Assembly (NCBI GenBank): GCA_964481195.1
Contig: CAYZTB010000005.1
Span: 10,138-74,137 of the forward strand
DNA length: 64,000 nt
Direction: 5' to 3'
From: an uncultured Bacteroidia bacterium
GTDB lineage: Bacteria; Bacteroidota; Bacteroidia; Palsa-948
A program made the translations under genes and the position numbers. Shown piece by piece: positions 46,456 to 54,183 of the stretch. Under the pieces are notes generated by a model, which worked only from the letters and a program-made list of their open reading frames with translations, was not told the origin of the DNA and made no database searches. Position 1 is the stretch's first letter; each line of letters starts with the position of its first letter.

Positions 46456-49400
46456 TTACCTTACCACATTAACATGTCCGATGTATGCATGTCGTTTATT
46501 AAACACATCTATTAATCTTACTTTCCAAACATATACGTCTTCCTGCATTAGTTGGCCGCTTTGTCCGCTCATGTCCATGCCGCCTCCTACTACTTTGCCA
46601 TCCCATTTACAAAATGAACTTAATCCATCTTGTCCGGGGCTGTCAAAATCTGTATTCTTTCCTGTATGTTCACAGTTCCAAAGTAAATTGCCCCAACGAT
46701 CGAATACCCATATTTCATATTCTTTAATACCTCGACCTTTACCAAAAAACAATTCATTCATACCATCTTGGTTGGGAGTAAATGTATTGGGAATGTAAAA
46801 TGTAAACTCTGGTAAAATCTCTATTGTCTTGCTTATGGTATCCCAACATCCATAAATATTTTGTACTGCCAATGAAATAGTAAAATAATAAAAATCATTA
46901 TTTAGTACAGAAAGAGAATAAGAGTGTGCTGGGTCTGTATTGATGCTATCTTTTGGAGAGCCATCACCAAAATCCCACATCCAACTTGTTACACTATTTG
47001 ACCAAAGATCGCAGAAAACAAAATTAGGATCTGTAATTGAAGCAACAGTAGGAGCTACACAGAAATTTGCAACCGGCCAATCATATACCGTTATATAAAG
47101 TGGGGTAGCTACGGAATCTACACATCCGTAGCTTGAAGTAACAATTAAGGAAGCACCATATACTCCGGGTTTGTTCCAACAAACTTTTGGATTTTGTAAT
47201 CCTGAAATTGCTGGGTTTCCTCCAGGGAATGACCATTGCCAAGACGCGATGGTTCCATCTATCGAAGTAGATAAATCATTAAAGGTTGCACAAACAGGAG
47301 CGCATCCTTTTACTGAATCCGAATAAAGTGCAATGGGTGGATTGTATATTACTGCTGTGCTTGTGGTTGTGTCTTTACAGCCCTGTACGGTAGTTACAAT
47401 TAAGGTAATGGTATAAGTTCCTAGCGTTGAGTATGTATGAGATGGATTTTGATTTACATCATTGGGTGATCCATCGCCAAAATTCCAGCTCCAAGCATTT
47501 ATTGGACTGCCTGCAGGAGAAGTAGATGCATCAGTAAATGGTGTTAAAGCATTTAAACAAACATTCTTTGGTGTGATAGCAGCTGTTGGCAATGGATATA
47601 CATTGGCAGGCAACATCGTTGTGCTTTGACATCCGCTATCGGTAGTGGCTGTTAAAATTACGGTGAATGTGCCAGGGCCCGAAAATGTATGACATGGGTT
47701 TTGTGCTGTAGATATATTTGCTGCACCGGATGTTGGATCTCCAAAATTCCAACTCCAACCTGTGATGGTGCCAGGTGTTACAGTGGAAGCATCCGTAAAG
47801 CAAGACTGATTGCCTACGCATACGGGCGTGGAGCTAAATAATGCTAAGGGTAAAGGATTAATTATAGCTAATAAATTTACAGTGTCAACACAACTCGAAG
47901 TGTTAGTAATAATTAAAGTTACCGAATAAGTTCCTGGTGCTCCGTAGGTATGTGATGGGTTTTGCGAAGTTGAAGTGCTGCCATCGCCAAAATTCCAATT
48001 CCATTGTGCAACAGTAGGATTCCCTACAGATTGATCAGTAAATAGAGTTGGGTTATTAAAACAAACAGGTGCAGTTATTGCAGCAGCAACGGGGTCAATT
48101 CCTGCTGACACTATAATTGGTATTATAACCGTATCAATACATCCTTGCTGGGATGTAACAATTAAAGAAACCGAATAAGTTCCTGGAGAATATATAATGC
48201 CAGATGGATTTTGCGATATTGAACTTGTTGGTGATCCTCCAGGGAAACTCCAATTCCATACTACAATTGGAGTACCATTGGGAGTGTAGCTTGAATCTGT
48301 AAATGATACAACTCCACTTCCACAAGTCCCTAAAGGTGTGTAATTAAAATTTGATGTTACTTGCATCGGGGTAGGAACATAAGTAATGTAAAACGGACAG
48401 CCAGATGGTTGTGAAACAAGTACAGCAAAAGTATCGCCTGGCTGAGGGAAAGGAATAATAGTTTGTGAGGTAGAATTTGGAGCACCAGTATATGGTTGTC
48501 CGTTATGAGACCACTGATATGTGTAATTAATTATCGGATCGGTAGGTGCAGTAATTGTTACAGAATTTCCTACACAGTATGATGCAGGATTTGTAGAAAG
48601 TGAACCACATGAGAAATCCCAATATGAATAGCAGTAGTGTCCGCCTAACGCACAATCTGAATTTGTAATTACAACAGTCAAATTTTGACCAACAAAAGCC
48701 GATAGATTTACCCCTTCCAAAGTCCACGGCTTATAAGAAACAATCATGCCAGCCGGAGGATATCCCGGATTTAGCGAACCAGCACAAGATGCTTGAAAAA
48801 AACCATTTCCTACTCCTCCATTTAAGTCCGCAATGTATTTTCTATGACTACAGGGAACAGTATCTCCATTGGCTTTTAAAATATAAATTTCTGAAAATGG
48901 CGCTTCTGCTGCCGTATGCCCACCAGGTGGATTCTCAAGCACTAAAGCATATGCATAAATAAAATTTGTATCCTGTGGTCCAACAGTTAGCGGGTATCGA
49001 AGTTGCTCCGAACATCCGTTTCCAGCTGCACCAACGCCCGGAGGTGGGTATGGCAAACTATTGGCACATCCCCCGTTTAAGCCACTTGTATTTGGTTGCC
49101 CTAATTGAATTGATGCATTTCCAAAACCAGGACAAACTAGAGGTATTGGTGGGCCTGTTGTTCCTTGAGTGCAAGGATCTACTCCGGCACCACTAGTAAG
49201 ATTAAACCGAGGTGTAACAGGTGCAACGGGTGCAAAAAATGTAGGATCAGGTGAGCCTCCTTTCTGGTGAAACCCTGTAGCTGCTGTGTAGCTACTCCAT
49301 CCATTTTCTCCGCCTAAATCACTACATGCTGCAAACGGACTTACAGGTATATTTTTTTTTACGATTGGATTTGTACCAGGAGCACTCTCACCATTTTGTA

Positions 49401-49518
49401 TTTGAATTTTATTAGAAGTAGCTTTGTTAGTAGATTGCGCAAATAAAGTTTGTGTACAAAAAAATGTTACACCAACAATAAAAACAAAGAAAATCCAGTT
49501 TCTGTAATACTTATTCAT
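46456..49518 (-). CDS. Large secreted adhesin (paralogue C): signal peptide, MAM-like head domain, PKD domains, and a T9SS type-B CTD
   Basis: The head contains CSDLGGENGWS...RFNLTSGAGVDPCT...PGFGNASIQLGQP...YKPWTLEGVNL...SYWDFSCG, shared with D and E. The C-terminal cassette is shared with B. Confidence 0.8.
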   Translation of the reverse strand: MNKYYRNWIFFVFIVGVTFFCTQTLFAQSTNKATSNKIQIQNGESAPGTNPIVKKNIPVSPFAACSDLGGENGWSSYTAATGFHQKGGSPDPTFFAPVAPVTPRFNLTSGAGVDPCTQGTTGPPIPLVCPGFGNASIQLGQPNTSGLNGGCANSLPYPPPGVGAAGNGCSEQLRYPLTVGPQDTNFIYAYALVLENPPGGHTAAEAPFSEIYILKANGDTVPCSHRKYIADLNGGVGNGFFQASCAGSLNPGYPPAGMIVSYKPWTLEGVNLSAFVGQNLTVVITNSDCALGGHYCYSYWDFSCGSLSTNPASYCVGNSVTITAPTDPIINYTYQWSHNGQPYTGAPNSTSQTIIPFPQPGDTFAVLVSQPSGCPFYITYVPTPMQVTSNFNYTPLGTCGSGVVSFTDSSYTPNGTPIVVWNWSFPGGSPTSSISQNPSGIIYSPGTYSVSLIVTSQQGCIDTVIIPIIVSAGIDPVAAAITAPVCFNNPTLFTDQSVGNPTVAQWNWNFGDGSTSTSQNPSHTYGAPGTYSVTLIITNTSSCVDTVNLLAIINPLPLALFSSTPVCVGNQSCFTDASTVTPGTITGWSWNFGDPTSGAANISTAQNPCHTFSGPGTFTVILTATTDSGCQSTTMLPANVYPLPTAAITPKNVCLNALTPFTDASTSPAGSPINAWSWNFGDGSPNDVNQNPSHTYSTLGTYTITLIVTTVQGCKDTTTSTAVIYNPPIALYSDSVKGCAPVCATFNDLSTSIDGTIASWQWSFPGGNPAISGLQNPKVCWNKPGVYGASLIVTSSYGCVDSVATPLYITVYDWPVANFCVAPTVASITDPNFVFCDLWSNSVTSWMWDFGDGSPKDSINTDPAHSYSLSVLNNDFYYFTISLAVQNIYGCWDTISKTIEILPEFTFYIPNTFTPNQDGMNELFFGKGRGIKEYEIWVFDRWGNLLWNCEHTGKNTDFDSPGQDGLSSFCKWDGKVVGGGMDMSGQSGQLMQEDVYVWKVRLIDVFNKRHAYIGHVNVVR

Positions 49519-49533
49519 TTTTTTGTATAAATT

Positions 49534-52155
49534 TTACCTTACCACATTAACATGCCCAATATACATGTGTTTTTTATCAAAAATATCAACTAATCTAACT
49601 TTCCAAACATAAACGTCTTCCTGTGCTAGTTGATTGCTACCTCCGCCCATATCAACACCACCTTTTACAACCTTGCCATCCCACTTACAAAACGAAGGCA
49701 ATCCTTCTTGTTTTGGATTAGTGGCATCGTTATCCCAGTTTGTGTTTTTATCTTCGTGATGACAATCCCAAATTTGATTTCCCCATCTATCGAACAACCA
49801 GATATTATATTCTTTAATGCCTCTTCCTTTACCATAAAATAACTCGTTTACAAAATCGCCATTAGGCGTGAATGTATTTGGAATATAAAATGTAAACTCA
49901 GGCATCAACTCTACTATTTTACAAATAGTATCCCAACATCCATACTGATCCTCTACCCTTAAGCACACGTTGAAAGCATAGAAGTCATTTTGCGTAGCTG
50001 TTGCTGAGTAACTATGAATTGGGTCTGTGTTTACATAGTCAGAATCATTATCTCCAAAATTCCAAGACCACGATATTACATTTGAAGTCCACAGGTCACA
50101 AAAATTAAATACCGGATTGGTTACAGGCTGCATAGTCGGAGTTACACAAAAATTTGCTTTAGGACCTGGTACTGTAGAAATCATAGGAAGAGTAAGCGTG
50201 TCCTTACAACCATAGTTAGTTGTAACCAATAAAGTTGCATTATAATTTCCTGGCGTGTAGTAACAAATATTAATAGGATTTTGAGCGGCAGAACCAGTAG
50301 GTGTGCCTCCAGGGAATGTCCATTGCCAATTAACAATATTGCCATCTACTGGCTGAGATAAATCTGTGTAATCATTACAAATTACACCGCAGCCACTATC
50401 AGGAGCAGAGAAATTAGCAAGAGGAGGATTGTAAACAACTACCTGTTGAACTACAGTATCTATACAACCATTTTTAGATGTTACCACTAAAGTAACCATA
50501 TGAGTACCAGCTGTTAAATAGCTGGTAGCTGTATTTTGAGAAGTAGCAGAAGTTGGAGTACCACCCGGCATTGACCAGTTCCAAGCTGTTATCGGATCTC
50601 CTTGCAATCCAACAGAACCATCTGTTAATGATGTAGCATTTCCTAAACATGGCGTTGATGGGGTAAGTGCTGCGGTAGGAAATCCTCCCGTTGTGACAGA
50701 ATGGGTAACATTAGCTGAACACCCATTCGATGCTGTGATAGTTAACGATGCAGTATAATTACCCGGAGGGTATGTTACATTAACAGTAGGCGTAGTTGCT
50801 GTTGCTGGTGAACCGCCAGGAAACGACCAACTATATCCGGTAATATTTGCAGATCCTTGAGGTGAAACAAAGCTGCTATCTTTAAAAATATAATTACCAC
50901 AAACACCCGTAAAATTAAAGTTAGGCAATGCTAGTCCTGGGGCATAAGTAAGATAAAAATTACAACCTGATGGTTGAATAACTTGAAGCTGAAACGTATC
51001 TCCTTGTACTGGGTTAACAACATAGGTTTGGTTAGTTTGACCCGGTACAACTACACCATTATGATACCATTGATAAGTAAATGGATTATTGGGGTCAGAG
51101 ATAGGGCCTGTCATTGTGGAAGTACCACCTATACAGCCTAGAGAAAGAGGTACAGGACCACACTTGAAATCCCAATAGGAGTGAGCATAATGACCACATT
51201 GTGCACAATCCACGTTTGTAATAATAATAGTTAAATTTTGTCCTACATATTGTTTAAGATTTACTCCAACTGTAGTCCAAGGTTTGTATGACGTACTAGT
51301 ACCTCCAAGACATCCTCCTGTTCCTGCAGCAGTAAAAAATCCTGGGAGTGGGCCAGAACCTCCAGGGGCTACATATTTTTGGTAAGAACAATCCACTGTG
51401 TCTCCATTTGGAGCAAGAATTAAAAATTCTGCAAATGGGCGCTGGGTTTGAGAATGCGAAGATCCTGGATCGAATAATACAACCGCATAAGCGTAAACAA
51501 AGTTTGTATCTTGTACAGTAGGAACAAAATTATAAGTCATTTGTTCTACCCAACATCCAGTTTTTTGAGGACATCCAAGTTGCAACGATGCGTTACCAAA
51601 ACCAGGAGCAACTAATGGAATTGTTGGACCAGGGCCACCTCCAATAGGATTAGTTCCGGGAGTACAAGGATCTATTCCAGTACCTGAAGTCATTGTAAAA
51701 CAAGTAGTAGTAGAGTTTGTATTTACAGGAGGGGATACAGAAGCACTCATGGTAGGAATACCTGTAGTACCATTTGTAGTACCCGGTGCACCTGCCCACG
51801 TACTCCATCCGTTTTCAAATCCAACATCACCGCAAGCCATTACAGATGGAGGGTTGCCGGACTTATCTTTTAGCACACTTAGATCTTCTTTGTGTACATT
51901 TTTAAAGTCTTTAAAAAATTGCTTTCTATTGGCTATTAACTTATCAATAACTACAGATGGAACTCCATCTTTTTTCATAACCTCTCTCTCTTTTGCTTCA
52001 TTAAAATATTGGGGAGAAATTCTGTAGTCCCCTAAAAGCTTAGGCTCATTTGATGGATTTGTCTGAGCGTTTGTTGTAGTCGAAATTAACATCGCTACGG
52101 TAAATGCTCCAACAATAATTGAAGCAAACGATAATTTGTTTTTTAATGTATTCAT
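49534..52155 (-). CDS. Large secreted adhesin (paralogue D): signal peptide, MAM-like head, PKD domains, and a T9SS type-B CTD
   Basis: It has the same head-domain motifs as C and E (MACGDVGFENGWSTW; RFN-like; SYWDFKCG). The CTD is YIPNTFTPNGDFVNELFYGKGRGIKEYNIWLFDRWGNQIW. An 11-nt gap to the upstream gene indicates an operon. Confidence 0.8.
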   Translation of the reverse strand: MNTLKNKLSFASIIVGAFTVAMLISTTTNAQTNPSNEPKLLGDYRISPQYFNEAKEREVMKKDGVPSVVIDKLIANRKQFFKDFKNVHKEDLSVLKDKSGNPPSVMACGDVGFENGWSTWAGAPGTTNGTTGIPTMSASVSPPVNTNSTTTCFTMTSGTGIDPCTPGTNPIGGGPGPTIPLVAPGFGNASLQLGCPQKTGCWVEQMTYNFVPTVQDTNFVYAYAVVLFDPGSSHSQTQRPFAEFLILAPNGDTVDCSYQKYVAPGGSGPLPGFFTAAGTGGCLGGTSTSYKPWTTVGVNLKQYVGQNLTIIITNVDCAQCGHYAHSYWDFKCGPVPLSLGCIGGTSTMTGPISDPNNPFTYQWYHNGVVVPGQTNQTYVVNPVQGDTFQLQVIQPSGCNFYLTYAPGLALPNFNFTGVCGNYIFKDSSFVSPQGSANITGYSWSFPGGSPATATTPTVNVTYPPGNYTASLTITASNGCSANVTHSVTTGGFPTAALTPSTPCLGNATSLTDGSVGLQGDPITAWNWSMPGGTPTSATSQNTATSYLTAGTHMVTLVVTSKNGCIDTVVQQVVVYNPPLANFSAPDSGCGVICNDYTDLSQPVDGNIVNWQWTFPGGTPTGSAAQNPINICYYTPGNYNATLLVTTNYGCKDTLTLPMISTVPGPKANFCVTPTMQPVTNPVFNFCDLWTSNVISWSWNFGDNDSDYVNTDPIHSYSATATQNDFYAFNVCLRVEDQYGCWDTICKIVELMPEFTFYIPNTFTPNGDFVNELFYGKGRGIKEYNIWLFDRWGNQIWDCHHEDKNTNWDNDATNPKQEGLPSFCKWDGKVVKGGVDMGGGSNQLAQEDVYVWKVRLVDIFDKKHMYIGHVNVVR

Positions 52156-52166
52156 CTTTGTTTAAT

Positions 52167-53432
52167 TTAATCTGTAATTGTAATTAAGCCTTGTTGGTAA
52201 ATATCTCTTCCATTTTTGTTTTTTACTACTGCTTTCCATAAATAAGTTTCTCCTTTTCTTGTGTTATTTCCTTCCCATACTAGATTTTTATCTGATGTTT
52301 TATATACGATGTTCCCTTGTGCATCTGAGATAGTAATTGTAAATTCATAATCTCCCGACTGAAGAGTAATAGGCATCCAAGTATCATTAATCCCGTTTCC
52401 ATCTGGGCTAAATGCATTAGGGGCTAACAAGTCTAATTCGTTTTTCAGATTCACTTCTTTTACTACAACACCCACACATCCAATTTGATTTTTTACATAT
52501 AAAGTAACTTTGTACGATCCATACTTTTTATACGAGTGACTAGGGCTTGGCATGAAAGAAGTTTGCTTATCTCCAAAATCCCATTTCCAATCTGCAGCAT
52601 CGCTATAGTCAGAATCAAAATTAACCAGTAACTCATTTTCTGCCGAAACCAATGTGTTTATTCTTGGATCTGGAGCAGCAGAAACAATAATATTGTTTTT
52701 CTCCTCTGCTTTTTTTCTGTCTACTTCCGAAATGATTTGAAGTTTTACTGTAAAGGAACCTGCCTCTTTATAGATATGTTTGGGGCTTGCTTCTGTAGAT
52801 GATTGACCATCGCCAAAATACCATTTGTAGGAGCAAACAGCCTCATTTTTTGCAGGCAAAAACTGCACTTCTTCTCCTTCGCAAATTGCACGCTTGCTTG
52901 TTTGGAAAGAAGCCGATAAGACAACCGGAATAGTTTCTTGTTTCTGCGCAGTGGTTGTTTGAGTAGGAACAGTAGGAGTGTTTTTGTTATCTGAAACTAA
53001 AACTTCATTTTTCTTTTGATTATTTTCTACTTCAGGAGATTTTCCCAAAACCACATTATTGTTTTCTACTTTTCTAGTCTCCTCTTTATTAGAATTCACT
53101 GCAGCATGCTGATTGTTTAAATTTATTTTTCTATTAGAAGGATCAGCATTTTGAATTTGTGTGTTTTCTTCAGAAACAACTGGCATACTTGTTTTCTCAA
53201 CAACATCTTTTGGTGCATTAACCGAATTGCTTTCAGTACTAAAGTAATAGAATAGCCCAGATGCTAAAATAACTGAGGCAGCAATTAAAATATTTCTTGT
53301 AATTTTTGATGTAGGATTACTAACCGCAGCAGTGTCAAGTTTACGTTCTAGCGCTTTCCAATCCGCTGCATTATAATCCACCTCGAAGTTTTCAAGCGAC
53401 TCTTTAATGTGTTTATCTAACTGGCCTTTCAT
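52167..53432 (-). CDS. Signal-anchored (N-in, single TM) protein with a low-complexity linker, two PKD domains and a T9SS type-B CTD; candidate anti-sigma factor or sensor for the adjacent ECF sigma
   Basis: A 44-aa hydrophilic N-terminus precedes one TM helix (ILIAASVILASGLFYYF). The PKD patterns are KWYFGDGQSS...HIY and WKWDFGDKQTS...HSY. The CTD is LLAPNAFSPDGNGINDTWMPI. A 1-nt gap to the sigma stop codon indicates translational coupling. The anti-sigma role is inferred from position and topology only. Confidence 0.45.
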   Translation of the reverse strand: MKGQLDKHIKESLENFEVDYNAADWKALERKLDTAAVSNPTSKITRNILIAASVILASGLFYYFSTESNSVNAPKDVVEKTSMPVVSEENTQIQNADPSNRKINLNNQHAAVNSNKEETRKVENNNVVLGKSPEVENNQKKNEVLVSDNKNTPTVPTQTTTAQKQETIPVVLSASFQTSKRAICEGEEVQFLPAKNEAVCSYKWYFGDGQSSTEASPKHIYKEAGSFTVKLQIISEVDRKKAEEKNNIIVSAAPDPRINTLVSAENELLVNFDSDYSDAADWKWDFGDKQTSFMPSPSHSYKKYGSYKVTLYVKNQIGCVGVVVKEVNLKNELDLLAPNAFSPDGNGINDTWMPITLQSGDYEFTITISDAQGNIVYKTSDKNLVWEGNNTRKGETYLWKAVVKNKNGRDIYQQGLITITD

Positions 53433-53433
53433 T

Positions 53434-54015
53434 TTATTTTTGATGTGCTGTTACTATCTTTTCGAGATCTTTTTTTAAGTGTGCTTTTGCTTTAGACAAA
53501 TTAGATTTTGAAGTGCCTATATTAATTCCTAACTGATCTGCAATTTCCTGATGCGAAAAACCGTCAACAACAAATAAGTTGAAAACTGTTCGGTAGGCCT
53601 CTGGTAATTGTTGAACTGCTTGCATGATTTCTTTAGTGCTTAACTGTAAATATTCGCTTTCGTCTGTTGTTTCGTCTGCTTTATCTTCTATAAAATCCGA
53701 ACTTGTATGATTAATAAATTGCTTATTCTTTCTTATATAATCTAGTGCTGTATTAACAATAATTTTTCTTACCCAACCTTCAAATGATCCTTTTCCTTGA
53801 TATGATTTAATACTTGTGAATACTTTTAAAAACCCATCTTGTAATATATCTTTTGCTTCTTCATTATTAGCTGAGTATCTCAAACAAGCTCCCATCATTT
53901 TGCCATACAATTTCTGATATACTAATTGCTGGTATTTTCTTTCCCCTTTAATACAACCTTCAATTATGTCAAAAAACGGATCTTTTTTATCTTCACTCAT
54001 CACATCTGTACTCAT
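53434..54015 (-). CDS. ECF (sigma-70 family group IV) RNA polymerase sigma factor; the true start is probably the second ATG at 54000
   Basis: Region 2 is DILQDGFLKVF...W..I..N...D. Region 4 is AYRTVFNLFVVDGFSHQEIADQLGINIGTSKSNLSKA. The promoter motif overlaps the first ATG. Confidence 0.85.
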   Translation of the reverse strand: MSTDVMSEDKKDPFFDIIEGCIKGERKYQQLVYQKLYGKMMGACLRYSANNEEAKDILQDGFLKVFTSIKSYQGKGSFEGWVRKIIVNTALDYIRKNKQFINHTSSDFIEDKADETTDESEYLQLSTKEIMQAVQQLPEAYRTVFNLFVVDGFSHQEIADQLGINIGTSKSNLSKAKAHLKKDLEKIVTAHQK

Positions 54016-54045
54016 AAGACGTTAATATTACAAAAGGTTGCCTTA
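54016..54045 (-). promoter_or_regulatory. ECF-type promoter on the minus strand: TAAGGCAACC-N15-CGTCTT followed by a conserved AGTACA box; a candidate autoregulatory promoter of the sigma operon
   Basis: The minus-strand reading is ATAAGGCAACCTTTTGTAATATTAACGTCTTATGAGTACAGAT. The identical architecture recurs at 56790-56820. GGAAC/CGTC-like spacing is typical of ECF sigma promoters. Confidence 0.5.
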
Positions 54046-54131
54046 TTACCTATCCAAAATCAATGATTATTACAAAAAAAGACGAAAATTCATAAATACT
54101 TGAAAATAAATTAAATAAAACACAATACTTC

Positions 54132-54167
54132 AAAAAAAAACCCGTAAGAGAACTTACGGGTTTTTTT
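54132..54167. terminator. Bidirectional rho-independent terminator separating paralogue E from the sigma operon
   Basis: A9 run, then CCCGTAAG-AGAA-CTTACGGG, then T7 run (54141-54160 stem-loop). Confidence 0.75.
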
Positions 54168-54183
54168 ATTGATAGTCAAACAA

